IMG/VR virus record: IMGVR_UViG_3300034782_000053
Source: a virus
DNA: 59,598 nucleotides
Strand: one strand, 5' to 3'
Below, piece by piece: positions 35,590 through 44,281 of this stretch. Each line of letters starts with the position of its first letter. Within the stretch, counting starts at the first letter, position 1. The notes under the pieces are model-generated. The model had not been told where the DNA came from, searched no databases, and saw nothing but the letters and a program-made list of their open reading frames with translations. A program made the translations under genes and the position numbers.

Positions 35590-36117
35590 TTACCAGCTAC
35601 CGGACACCGTCAACGCAGGTGCGTCATCAGCGAACTCCACCACAAAAACACCTATCGACACGGCGTATGCACAAATATCTATCAGCTTCTTGCTGTAACC
35701 AACTTTCTTCCTTACCCCTCGAAGCTCTTCAAAGAATCCATCTTCATCTGGGATACTTACGAGATACCCTCTTTGAATTGTTTGCACCTCAAACCAGGTG
35801 TCATAGTTCAGCGCTTTACGGTCGTTCTCTTCTCTTTCGAGCGTAAACCGATCCGACGGTTTTATGCTTTCGATTGAAACCGTTAGAACAGCGTAAGAGG
35901 CCTCCATACTTTCTGGAAGAAACCCGTTGTCTCTGTAGAAAGAATAAGGCTCGTTAACGAGCTGATGCCACAGCGTGTAGCACTCCGTCGGGTCGTAACC
36001 CATCTCGACGAGCGTGATGTCGTGCTCAATATCGTAGTTGAGAAACTCAGGACCCTCAGGCGTCAGCCGGATACGAATGGGGCGTCCCTCACATTCGACT
36101 TCAATGACCGGGGTCAT
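35590..36117 (-). CDS. EMGY-domain family paralog 21 (175 aa)
   Basis: Internal ATG 36117 adjacent to the upstream stop. MTPVIEVECEGRPIRIRLTPEGPEFLNYDIEHDITLVEMGYDPTEC. Confidence 0.8.
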   Translation of the reverse strand: MTPVIEVECEGRPIRIRLTPEGPEFLNYDIEHDITLVEMGYDPTECYTLWHQLVNEPYSFYRDNGFLPESMEASYAVLTVSIESIKPSDRFTLEREENDRKALNYDTWFEVQTIQRGYLVSIPDEDGFFEELRGVRKKVGYSKKLIDICAYAVSIGVFVVEFADDAPALTVSGSW

Positions 36118-36377
36118 CTCGACCTCAGGATGTAGCCGATGACCATCCCCGTGATGGCTCCCCACGCCACGAGATCGCATCGTCTCCGCACGTACCACGG
36201 GCGCTGGCTTTCTCGCACCCGGGCCAGCTCTTGATTTGCGACTGCCTGCGCCGGATGCTGATGCAGCGCCGCCTCTTGCTGACCTATGACGACAGCGTAT
36301 TGCTCCACGAACGGTTCGAGCGTCGCCGGGTCTGAGAGCGGCATCTGGTTCGGCATATTGGCGTCAGGGCTCTGCAT
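36114..36377 (-). CDS. small protein with C-terminal hydrophobic anchor (87 aa)
   Basis: ATG 36377. C-terminal LVAWGAITGMVIGYILRSR. Confidence 0.55.
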   Translation of the reverse strand: MQSPDANMPNQMPLSDPATLEPFVEQYAVVIGQQEAALHQHPAQAVANQELARVRESQRPWYVRRRCDLVAWGAITGMVIGYILRSR

Positions 36378-36380
36378 GAA

Positions 36381-36767
36381 TCACTTCCCTGCTGTTGTGA
36401 ACAGAGCGATGCCGCCGATAAGAGCGACGATCCCAACAGACACGATCCCGATCTTGACCCAGTAAGCACCGCTCTCAGGATCTGGGCCGGGCTCGACCGT
36501 GTGACCTGGCTCTCCCTCTTCGGGCCGTCGGCCCCACTGTCGGAAGTGTGGGTTGACCCAGACTCCCTCAGGCACCAGACCAGCCTCGATCTGCGCCATA
36601 AAAGCTTCGCGCTCTTCCTCTGTCTCAGGGACCTGAATCCCGCGGAACCTCGCATCCGCGGGGATCGCCCAGTCCCACTCATGGACAGGAGGAATCGTTC
36701 TTCCGTCTGGCATGACCCCCATCGGCCTGACGTCATCAGTACCAAGTCCTGTCATGTATTCGTACAT
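36381..36767 (-). CDS. MYEY-family C-tail-anchored membrane protein (128 aa)
   Basis: Starts MYEYMTGLG. C-terminal YWVKIGIVSVGIVALIGGIALF. ORF-track start 36857 is an extension. Confidence 0.75.
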   Translation of the reverse strand: MYEYMTGLGTDDVRPMGVMPDGRTIPPVHEWDWAIPADARFRGIQVPETEEEREAFMAQIEAGLVPEGVWVNPHFRQWGRRPEEGEPGHTVEPGPDPESGAYWVKIGIVSVGIVALIGGIALFTTAGK

Positions 36768-36780
36768 CGATCCTCCCCAC

Positions 36781-37137
36781 CTACTCCTCGGACTCTTCGC
36801 CCTCGCCACGCTTGATGAGCCACCAAATGCCTCCGCCAACGAGTGTGAGAATACCAACGCCAGCTACACCGTAGACCCACATTGGCATCCCTGGGGCTCC
36901 TGGCTCATCAAGGGCGTAAGTATCTGTTGTGCTCTGCTGCTCGGGATCGGGGAGCACGATGTCGCCTCTTTCGATGGCTTGTATTACGCCGCGAACGCCG
37001 GGGCTCGAAATCAAGCTCGTCGCCTGAAGAGTCCCTGGACCTACAGTGCTGATACCCCCCCGATCTTGGACCGATGCGATAACTGACCCAAGGCCGCACC
37101 CAAGACACCCGGCCCCTGCTGTGCTCTGCTGATACAT
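36781..37137 (-). CDS. tail-anchored membrane protein, CxxC subfamily (MYQQSTAGAGCLGCGLG), 118 aa
   Basis: C-terminal PGMPMWVYGVAGVGILTLVGGGIWWLIKRGEGEESEE. Confidence 0.75.
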   Translation of the reverse strand: MYQQSTAGAGCLGCGLGSVIASVQDRGGISTVGPGTLQATSLISSPGVRGVIQAIERGDIVLPDPEQQSTTDTYALDEPGAPGMPMWVYGVAGVGILTLVGGGIWWLIKRGEGEESEE

Positions 37138-37158
37138 GAAAACCCTTTTCTACCGCGG

Positions 37159-37446
37159 TTACTCCGCTGCCTCTTCGCTCGGCCGCAGATACCACCAGAC
37201 GCCTGCGCCAATGAAACCAAGCAGCCCAACACCAGCAACGCCCCAAACCCACCAAGGCATCCCAGGAGGAGCACTCACCTGGCCATTTGTTGGCAGGCCT
37301 GTAACTTCACCCTGACGAGCGGCCAACGCGAACCGAATGGCCGAAGGATCGATACTCACGATCCTCATCATTTGGCCCGAGGAATCATCCTCTGTACCCA
37401 GGCCGCACCCAAGACAACCTGTTCCTGATGTGCTTGCCTGATACAT
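37159..37446 (-). CDS. tail-anchored membrane protein, CxxC subfamily (MYQASTSGTGCLGCGLG), 95 aa
   Basis: Paralog of the previous gene. C-terminal PGMPWWVWGVAGVGLLGFIGAGVWWYLRPSEEAAE. Confidence 0.75.
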   Translation of the reverse strand: MYQASTSGTGCLGCGLGTEDDSSGQMMRIVSIDPSAIRFALAARQGEVTGLPTNGQVSAPPGMPWWVWGVAGVGLLGFIGAGVWWYLRPSEEAAE

Positions 37447-37449
37447 GGC

Positions 37450-37731
37450 CTACTCCTCCTCGGATTCGCCGCGTTTCATCCACCACCAGACACCACCACC
37501 GATGGCCCCGAGTATTGCCACGCCTCCGACGCCCCAAACCCACCACGGGAGCCCCTCCTCATGCTCGAAACCACCAGGCTCCGGGTGAGGGATGTCTTCC
37601 TCTCCAGCCTCGGCAGCAGCACGAGCCGCCTGTTGCTGAGCAGCGAATTCCGGATCGATCGATGAAATCTGTGGCCCGATGTTGAGAAGAACGGGCTCGC
37701 TTCCCATTCCGTGAGGGTTGTACTCGTACAT
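37450..37731 (-). CDS. MYEY-family tail-anchored membrane protein (94 aa)
   Basis: ATG 37731-37729 in a TGATG overlap. MYEYNPHGMG...GLPWWVWGVGGVAILGAIGGGVWWWMKRGESEEE. Confidence 0.75.
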   Translation of the reverse strand: MYEYNPHGMGSEPVLLNIGPQISSIDPEFAAQQQAARAAAEAGEEDIPHPEPGGFEHEEGLPWWVWGVGGVAILGAIGGGVWWWMKRGESEEE

Positions 37732-38159
37732 CACTCCTCCTCCGCGGCTCGCCTTCTCTTGACGAGCCACCAAATACCGCCGCCAACCAGAGAGAGGAGG
37801 ACGACACCGCCAATCCCCATGACGATCATCCCAGTTCGCTGCTCTGCCTCGGCCTGTTGACGCATTAGTCGCTCTTGCGTCGCCTGGCGACCAGACTCCC
37901 ATTCAGCCTGATCCGCGGCCTGCTGAGCTTCTTGCCGCGCCAGGTGTTCTTGTCGTCGCTGCTCTTTCTGCTGCTCTGAAGCTGCAGTAAGGGCCTCGGC
38001 CATCACCTGGAACCCTTGCGGGTTCTCCTGCATGAGCTGCGATGCATGAGCCGCCAGCGCGGCACCACCTTCGAGACGCCGGCCTATCATTCCGATTACG
38101 CCGAGACCGCTCTCCTCACAGCCCAGGCAGCCAGCGCCCGACCTGTTCGACTCGTACAT
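37731..38159 (-). CDS. tail-anchored membrane protein, CxxC subfamily (MYESNRSGAGCLGCEESGLG) with Gln/Ala-rich coiled segment, 142 aa
   Basis: C-terminal IVMGIGGVVLLSLVGGGIWWLVKRRRAAEEE. Confidence 0.75.
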   Translation of the reverse strand: MYESNRSGAGCLGCEESGLGVIGMIGRRLEGGAALAAHASQLMQENPQGFQVMAEALTAASEQQKEQRRQEHLARQEAQQAADQAEWESGRQATQERLMRQQAEAEQRTGMIVMGIGGVVLLSLVGGGIWWLVKRRRAAEEE

Positions 38160-38168
38160 GGAACCCTC

Positions 38169-38516
38169 CTAGAGCTTGGAGAGTCCCCACACGATGCCGA
38201 CCGCCGCGACCGGTGCGAGAATGAGACCGAGGAACGGCATCATGCTGCCGTTGCCGTTGGCCGTTCCCATGCCGCTGAACACGCCGTCGCCGTTCGAGAA
38301 GACGCCGTTGTCCACACCCATTCCACAGCCGCAGCCCCCCATCGAGGGAACGCGACCCGTCGGAGCCGCTGGAATCCTGGACGCACCGTGAACGGCTGAG
38401 CCGATATCCCTGATGGGATCGTTCGAGCCGATCGTCGGCGGATGTGAGAGCGCTGCGCCCGGGATGAGCGCACCGATGCTTCCGGGGCCGTAAGACTTCA
38501 TGATGTACTGAGACAT
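38169..38516 (-). CDS. Gly-rich small membrane protein (MSQYIMKSYGPGSIGAL), 115 aa
   Basis: AGGAGAGG SD. C-terminal MPFLGLILAPVAAVGIVWGL. Paralog of the next gene. Confidence 0.7.
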   Translation of the reverse strand: MSQYIMKSYGPGSIGALIPGAALSHPPTIGSNDPIRDIGSAVHGASRIPAAPTGRVPSMGGCGCGMGVDNGVFSNGDGVFSGMGTANGNGSMMPFLGLILAPVAAVGIVWGLSKL

Positions 38517-38543
38517 TTTCTACCTCTCCTGATTCCTGCTGGC

Positions 38544-38951
38544 CTAGAAAGCCAGCTCGGCCTCTTCCTCGCGCTTTCGCAGCATGTAGGCGAGACCGAT
38601 TCCGATGGCCAGACCGACGCCCACGGGGAGCATCCAACCACCGTTTCCGTTTCCGTTTCCGCTGCCATTGGTTCCCATGCCAGCACCGGCTCCACGATTG
38701 CCTGATCCGGCAGGTGCACCTCCACAGTAAACCGTTGGAAAGACCTGGTAATCCAGGCCCATCCCAAACAGCCCAGCCTGTCGAACCGGTGCTCCAGCCT
38801 TCGGATGCATCGGCTTGAACGGGAAAGCTGGCTTGATAGGTCGGCCGACGTCCTCAGCACCGATTGTCGGTTCCCGGCTCGTCAGTCCGATCGTTGGTGG
38901 AAGCGCGGCGATGTCGCCGGGTCCGTATGTCCTTCGCACGTACTGAGACAT
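38544..38951 (-). CDS. Gly/Asn-rich tail-anchored membrane protein (MSQYVRRTYGPGDIAAL), 135 aa
   Basis: AGGGAAGGG SD. NGSGNGNGNGGWMLPVGVGLAIGIGLAYMLRKREEEAELAF. Confidence 0.7.
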   Translation of the reverse strand: MSQYVRRTYGPGDIAALPPTIGLTSREPTIGAEDVGRPIKPAFPFKPMHPKAGAPVRQAGLFGMGLDYQVFPTVYCGGAPAGSGNRGAGAGMGTNGSGNGNGNGGWMLPVGVGLAIGIGLAYMLRKREEEAELAF

Positions 38952-38976
38952 TTCTACACCCTTCCCTTAATCGGGA

Positions 38977-39579
38977 TTACATGTATTCCCCGATGTCATC
39001 GAAGAATCGAGCCGCTCGCCTATACGCAGCGCCGCTGCTTTTGAACCTTCGATCACCCCAGTGCCAACGGTAGTACCACCTGCCGTCTGGCTTCAGAACG
39101 AGAAATCCTTTTATGTCGAAGTTGTCGCCGACGGCCCATTCGCCGTCCTTTCCCTTGCTCCAATAGATGGACCATGGGCCGGTTCCGTGTTCATCTTGCT
39201 GTCGAATCGCACTTTGCATCATCTTCCGGAACACGGTCTTCACAGTGGCAGGGGCGAAATCCGGAAGGCCGTCTTCTCCAGTCCCGCTTGCCCTACGCCC
39301 CCGGTTCTCTGTCCACCCTCGGCGAGCGTACTCGGCATACTCCTCGTCGCGCTTGCTGGACCGGTGGATGAAGTAGGCCCCAACGCCAATGGCGACAAGG
39401 ACACCAAGCGGCAGCCAGCCGTAGTTTCCGTTATCCCCATTGCCGTTCGTTCCGAGGCCCAATTCCTTGAGAGCTGGCTGATAGATCGCCGGCATGTCTG
39501 CGGGCTCGGGGACAGGCTGCATGAACGCGCTTCGGTCACTCCGGCTGATGGCCCTGGCTTTTAGTGTCTGATTTCTCAT
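38977..39579 (-). CDS. N-terminally anchored membrane protein (200 aa)
   Basis: ATG 39579 with GGTGAGGA SD. ORF-track start 39588 is a GTG. NGNGDNGNYGWLPLGVLVAIGVGAYFI. Confidence 0.7.
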   Translation of the reverse strand: MRNQTLKARAISRSDRSAFMQPVPEPADMPAIYQPALKELGLGTNGNGDNGNYGWLPLGVLVAIGVGAYFIHRSSKRDEEYAEYARRGWTENRGRRASGTGEDGLPDFAPATVKTVFRKMMQSAIRQQDEHGTGPWSIYWSKGKDGEWAVGDNFDIKGFLVLKPDGRWYYRWHWGDRRFKSSGAAYRRAARFFDDIGEYM

Positions 39580-39598
39580 CGTCCTCACCTATTCTAAC

Positions 39599-39611
39599 CG
39601 TCCTGAGGATG
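39599..39611. other. copy of the recurrent 13-mer CGTCCTGAGGATG (CATCCTCAGGACG on the coding strand), intergenic
   Basis: 27 nt upstream of the start of 38977..39579. See the 13-mer finding for the other copies. Confidence 0.5.
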
Positions 39612-39622
39612 AAAACCTCACG

Positions 39623-40225
39623 CTATTCTTCGCCCTCACGAGCTTTCTTACGCTTGCGGAGCCACGTCCAGAACAGGGCGCCTCCACCAACAGCAAGGGT
39701 GATGATCGCAAACGCCTTGATCGGTCGCTCTCGCCGCTCTCGTTCTTCGATGACCTGAAGAAACTCGGCCGGCTTGACAAGCCTCCTTCGCCAACCGGTT
39801 ATGCCAGCGACGTCAAGAACCTTCTCGCTCATGGCCTCACGGAACCCCGGAGACGCGATGAGATCAGCGCCCTCTTGTAGCCACTGCTCTCTCCATTCAG
39901 CGCAGCGGCGCTCACGCCACGGATCCCGCTGATGTGCCCCCTGATGTACTTCGGGAGGACACTCCGTTGAAGCATTGCAGGAGCAGATGAAGTTGTGCCC
40001 CGGTACGGAAATCTCCATGGTGTACGGAACAGACGACCGAAGCACTTCTTCACGCGGAGCATTGTGGTAACAGCGACAGTTGACGTTTTCCAGAGAGACC
40101 TCAGCGATCGCCCAAGGAGCTACGCGCCTGGTCTCGCTAAAAGGAATGTAGCGATCGCCAAGCGCACCGAGCGCCGTAGGGTATGGCTTGGTCGAAACAC
40201 TTTTTCCGGTGTTGTATTCGTACAT
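39623..40225 (-). CDS. MYEY-family tail-anchored membrane protein (200 aa), Cys-rich
   Basis: ATG 40225 gives MYEYNTGKS. Positions 40231-40226 are TTG-ATC. C-terminal AFAIITLAVGGGALFWTWLRKRKKAREGEE. Confidence 0.75.
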   Translation of the reverse strand: MYEYNTGKSVSTKPYPTALGALGDRYIPFSETRRVAPWAIAEVSLENVNCRCYHNAPREEVLRSSVPYTMEISVPGHNFICSCNASTECPPEVHQGAHQRDPWRERRCAEWREQWLQEGADLIASPGFREAMSEKVLDVAGITGWRRRLVKPAEFLQVIEERERRERPIKAFAIITLAVGGGALFWTWLRKRKKAREGEE

Positions 40226-40227
40226 GA

Positions 40228-41688
40228 TCAACTCTCCGTCGGTGCGATCAGCTTATAGATCGCAAACGCCCCGACCGCTGCTGCGCCTACGCCAAACGCG
40301 AGAACTCCGATGCTTGGGCCTCGCCGACCCAGTCTTCGAGGCGCCGGCCGTGGCTTCAGGCGATCGCCAAATGTGATCGGCTGAAGAATCGGAAGCATCA
40401 TCGGACCAAGCACTGTCGACTGAGCCCTCGCCTCCGCACCGCGCGGCTCGCCATCCATCTTTGTCATGACTGGAACGTAGGGAAACTCATCGTGCATCTC
40501 GACGAGCATGGCCCTCATCTGCCAGAAGGAGACAAAGCGCATGAAGGGCCACCACTCGAATGGCACATCCATGGGCTCGTATTCTTTACCCTTCCTCATC
40601 TGTCCCAGGACATCGATCGCCGTCTCTGTCACCCCGGCTTCTCTGAGAATCTCTCGAAATCTCTCTCCACCCAGCTTTCGGCCGTAGACCCAGACATCGT
40701 GCATCATCCACACGATGGACGCGTACCAACGAGAACCTCGACGACGTCTTTGATCGTGAACGTCGTCCTCGCCTACAGCCGGCATGCCTTCGAGCACGTC
40801 CTCCATGCACTCCATGGTGCGGCAAAGGATCTGATCCAGTTCCATCCAAGCGAGGATGTTGTGAACTTTCCAAGAACGGGCGAAATATGTCCCCGCCGGG
40901 CATGTCCACGGTTCCGACATGCTCTTAACAATTTCGTCTGTAGATGGGTTAGAACCACCCCACCCCAGGTATAGTCTTCTTCCGTTAGCAGTAAGTGGCG
41001 CGTATTTACTGTTTGTCCGCCAGCGCTCTATGCACCAGGCATTCGCTGCAGTTTTCCCTATAACTCTCCCGTCACCGAGGAATAGCTGGGGCATTCTGAG
41101 GGCATTCGCCCCTCGAACCTGTCCAGCCGAAACAGGCTCTGCCTCCATCACATCAACGTCGAGGCCCTCAACAATCAGGCCGTCATGGAAGTACTTGATA
41201 AAGGAGCAGCGGTGGCTCTTGTAGTCGCACCCGCAATCGCTCTTGTTAGTCCATTTGGACTCATTCCCAGGATGAAGCCCAACGAGCGCTTGCAAGTGCC
41301 GTGTGTAATTCCTTCTGTCGTAGCTTGTATCCCTGTCATATCCGCCACAGTGATACTTGTCGCACTCGATGTAGAATAGCTTGGCGAACCACCTGACGAT
41401 GGCGCCGATCGCCGCTAGCACGACGCCGATGATGGTTCCTACACCTGGGATGATAGCGATGGCCGCGCCGATCCCCATCAGCGCGTTACCAACAGCATCT
41501 GTAGTGGCCTCGTTCTCGTCGTCCGAAGCTGTGGCATTGGCAGCCATCTCGGCCATCGCCGTCGAGACCGTCTCGCTGCCGCTGTCCATGTACTCCTGGG
41601 TAGCGAAAGGGCTCATCCCAGCCTCTCGGCACAGGCCATAAAAATCCAACCACATCAACGTGGTTGTTGTTCGAGCACGCATCGTCAT
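40228..41688 (-). CDS. large bitopic membrane protein (486 aa; N-terminal TM + C-terminal TM), paralog of 41685..43058
   Basis: MTMRARTTTTLMWLDFYGLCREAGMSPFATQEYMD...CDKYHCGGYDR...LCRTMECMEDVL. ATGA coupling. Confidence 0.8.
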   Translation of the reverse strand: MTMRARTTTTLMWLDFYGLCREAGMSPFATQEYMDSGSETVSTAMAEMAANATASDDENEATTDAVGNALMGIGAAIAIIPGVGTIIGVVLAAIGAIVRWFAKLFYIECDKYHCGGYDRDTSYDRRNYTRHLQALVGLHPGNESKWTNKSDCGCDYKSHRCSFIKYFHDGLIVEGLDVDVMEAEPVSAGQVRGANALRMPQLFLGDGRVIGKTAANAWCIERWRTNSKYAPLTANGRRLYLGWGGSNPSTDEIVKSMSEPWTCPAGTYFARSWKVHNILAWMELDQILCRTMECMEDVLEGMPAVGEDDVHDQRRRRGSRWYASIVWMMHDVWVYGRKLGGERFREILREAGVTETAIDVLGQMRKGKEYEPMDVPFEWWPFMRFVSFWQMRAMLVEMHDEFPYVPVMTKMDGEPRGAEARAQSTVLGPMMLPILQPITFGDRLKPRPAPRRLGRRGPSIGVLAFGVGAAAVGAFAIYKLIAPTES

Positions 41689-43058
41689 GACGTCACCAGC
41701 TTATATACCGCGAAGGCGCCGATTGCCGCCGCACCAGCTCCAAACGCGATTGTTCCCAACCCAGGACCACGGGGACCGACGTGGGCTGGGACAGGCTGCA
41801 TGTTGCGGTTGAACTTCACTGCCGTGCGGATCGGAATCAGCATCGGAGCGAGCGTTACTGTTCGAACGCGCGCCTCCTCACCTTCTGGAGCGGCCTGACC
41901 AACGGGCGGCTCGTAGGGGAAGAGCGGCTTCATCTTGATGAGCAGGTCACGGAGCTGCCACCAGGAGAAATGGTAGAGGAAGGGCCACCATTGAAATGGC
42001 ATTTGCTCGGGGGGATAAACGTGTCCATCGCGCATCTTATGAAGATCAGCGATGACGGTATCATTCGCCCCGACCTCGCGCGACAACCTCTCGAACTCAC
42101 TCCATCCGAGCTTCTTTCCCGTCTCCCAAACGTCGTTCATCATCCAGACAATCGACGCATACCAGCGGGATCCCCTTCGACGCTTCTGATTGCCGGAGCT
42201 ATCACCCTCGACACTTGTTGTGTTCAGAAGCACATCTTCCATACACTCCATCGTCCTGCAAAGGATGTGCTCCTGCATCCACCAGAGGACCGCATGGACC
42301 CTGAAAGATCGGCCGTAATAGCTATCAATGGAATTTTCCCATGGGTCGCTTCTGCTTCCCGTTGAAATAGCGTTTCCATCTTCTTTCAGCGGCTTGTAGT
42401 CGGCGTGGTCTCGCCAGTATCTCTCACAGCCTTCGTTGTACCCCCGGCCGTAACCGTTGACACCACGCACTCGGCCTGCCGTCGTGGGCTGAGCATCTGT
42501 TTGATCGAGGTCTATGCCATTGACCATGAGCCCGTCATGCATGTATCGAATGAACGAGCACTCGTGGCTTCGGAGCTTGCACCGGCAGTTACTTTCTGCA
42601 TCTGTCGCGCTTTTAGACGCCCGAGTCAGATTCACTCCAACAAGTGCTTGCTGGTGCTGCGCATATCGACGCCTTCGCGTCTTCGTGTTTCTGTCATACC
42701 CACCGCAGTGATACTTGTCGCACTCGACATAGAAGAGCTTGGCGAACCACTTGACGATGGCGCCAATTGCTGCAATCACAATACCCACGACCGCGCCGAT
42801 GACGGACTCACCTGCGACTGCAACAATTCCGGCTCCAATGGCCATCATCGCATCGCCTACGGCATCGGTGACCGCCTCGCTTTCAGCATCCTCGGCCCCT
42901 GCGTTCGCAGCCATCTCGGCCATCGCACCGTTGACGGTATCGCTCCCTTCGTCCATATACTGCTGAGTGGCGAAAGGGCTCATCCCCGCTTCCCTGCAAA
43001 GGCCATAGAAATCGAGCCAGGTCAGCGTTTTCTTTGTGCGATCCTTGGTAAAAGCCAT
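41685..43058 (-). CDS. large bitopic membrane protein (457 aa), paralog of 40228..41688
   Basis: Internal ATG 43058 with GGAGAG SD. MAFTKDRTKKTLTWLDFYGLCREAGMSPFATQQYMD...CDKYHCGGYDR. Confidence 0.75.
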   Translation of the reverse strand: MAFTKDRTKKTLTWLDFYGLCREAGMSPFATQQYMDEGSDTVNGAMAEMAANAGAEDAESEAVTDAVGDAMMAIGAGIVAVAGESVIGAVVGIVIAAIGAIVKWFAKLFYVECDKYHCGGYDRNTKTRRRRYAQHQQALVGVNLTRASKSATDAESNCRCKLRSHECSFIRYMHDGLMVNGIDLDQTDAQPTTAGRVRGVNGYGRGYNEGCERYWRDHADYKPLKEDGNAISTGSRSDPWENSIDSYYGRSFRVHAVLWWMQEHILCRTMECMEDVLLNTTSVEGDSSGNQKRRRGSRWYASIVWMMNDVWETGKKLGWSEFERLSREVGANDTVIADLHKMRDGHVYPPEQMPFQWWPFLYHFSWWQLRDLLIKMKPLFPYEPPVGQAAPEGEEARVRTVTLAPMLIPIRTAVKFNRNMQPVPAHVGPRGPGLGTIAFGAGAAAIGAFAVYKLVTS

Positions 43059-43071
43059 CAGAACTCTCCGT

Positions 43072-43611
43072 CTACAGCTCGCCTCGATAATATGCGCCGT
43101 ACCAGTGAAGCACCTCGAAGCCGACAAAAACACCAGCAGCGAGCAAGAAGACTGGAAGCATCCACAAAGATGCTCCAGCAGGCTGCTCACCATTCGAGCC
43201 GAGCCCAGCCATTACTGGTGGAAAGGGTGACCCGACAAAAAGAGCATCACCAGGACAGCACCATTCCTGGCTCGGAGCCCGAGCGGACCCTCCACAGCGG
43301 CGCCCGGTTGCGACGCACCCTTGCTGCATGAGACCTTCCTCTTGAGGACCGATTTCAGGTGGCCAGCCACGCCCGGTCTCCAACCCCTTCTCGCCATAAG
43401 GAGCACCAACACACACGCTTCGACCACCACTGACCTCGCTGCAAGAACCTGGTCCCGGAGGACGCTGTCCAGGCTTCGTATACATTGGGCCAAACGTAGC
43501 GCCGCCGCCGGGGCCACCCGGTGCATAGAGGCCGGCACCATAGGCAAACTGGCCACGCTCCCACACAGGAACGTCTCCCACAGGACTGTATTCGTATGCT
43601 TCGTAGGTCAT
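43072..43611 (-). CDS. MYEY-like tail-anchored membrane protein (MTYEAYEYSPVG), Gly/Pro-rich, 179 aa
   Basis: C-terminal WMLPVFLLAAGVFVGFEVLHWYGAYYRGEL. Confidence 0.7.
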   Translation of the reverse strand: MTYEAYEYSPVGDVPVWERGQFAYGAGLYAPGGPGGGATFGPMYTKPGQRPPGPGSCSEVSGGRSVCVGAPYGEKGLETGRGWPPEIGPQEEGLMQQGCVATGRRCGGSARAPSQEWCCPGDALFVGSPFPPVMAGLGSNGEQPAGASLWMLPVFLLAAGVFVGFEVLHWYGAYYRGEL

Positions 43612-43623
43612 ATTTGCCTCTCT

Positions 43624-43929
43624 CTATTCCATCCCCGAGGGGGGCGGCGTCATTGCACTTTCAAGCCGGTCAACGCGCTTACTGGTCTTCACACACAGCT
43701 CAACGACAGCGTCAGTCCTTTCGGAAAAATTCTGATCTATCTTCAACAGGCGATTGAGCATTTCTTCCTGCGTCACCGTCACTTGCTGAAGCGCCTGTGT
43801 AACAAGGTCCAGCCTTTCACCAAGGCCATCGATCTCATTGACGACAAGATCGCCTGTGTCCAGTATTCGGTCGATCTTCTCTGCTTGCGCCTGCAAAGTA
43901 TCGAAAATCTTTTGAACCTTTCGATCCAT
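43624..43929 (-). CDS. small coiled-coil protein (101 aa)
   Basis: Heptad-like LQAQAEKIDRIL...LVTQALQQVTVTQEEMLNRLLKIDQNF. Confidence 0.65.
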   Translation of the reverse strand: MDRKVQKIFDTLQAQAEKIDRILDTGDLVVNEIDGLGERLDLVTQALQQVTVTQEEMLNRLLKIDQNFSERTDAVVELCVKTSKRVDRLESAMTPPPSGME

Positions 43930-44252
43930 TAGCCCGGCTCTCCCCCGTCCGTTTTATCTGGGTCAAACGCCCTTGGTATTGGCGATATCTGTTGCTCAAG
44001 GCCTGTGATTCGGTCGTGGAGCTTTGCCATCACCCCCTGGCATGAGCCCGCCTGCTCTGCGTAGTGATCTTCAAGAGACGACTGTCTCTTTCCAATCCTC
44101 CTCTGGGCTTCGCTGATCATTTTCATCTCGGCGTCGATCGTGTCCAGGCGCCTGCCGATCGTTGTGAGAGCTGCTCCTTGCTTCTTCAAGTACTCCAGAA
44201 TCGCATCCAGCTTCTCATCGGTGGCATTCTGCTTCTCATCGGTGTCTGACAT
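43929..44252 (-). CDS. small coiled-coil protein (107 aa)
   Basis: Internal ATG 44252 with GGAGA SD. MSDTDEKQNATDEKLDAILEYLKKQGAALTTIGRRLDTIDAEMKMISEAQRRIG. Confidence 0.6.
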   Translation of the reverse strand: MSDTDEKQNATDEKLDAILEYLKKQGAALTTIGRRLDTIDAEMKMISEAQRRIGKRQSSLEDHYAEQAGSCQGVMAKLHDRITGLEQQISPIPRAFDPDKTDGGEPG

Positions 44253-44281
44253 CGCTTTATCTCCGCAGTCCCCCGTCACTC

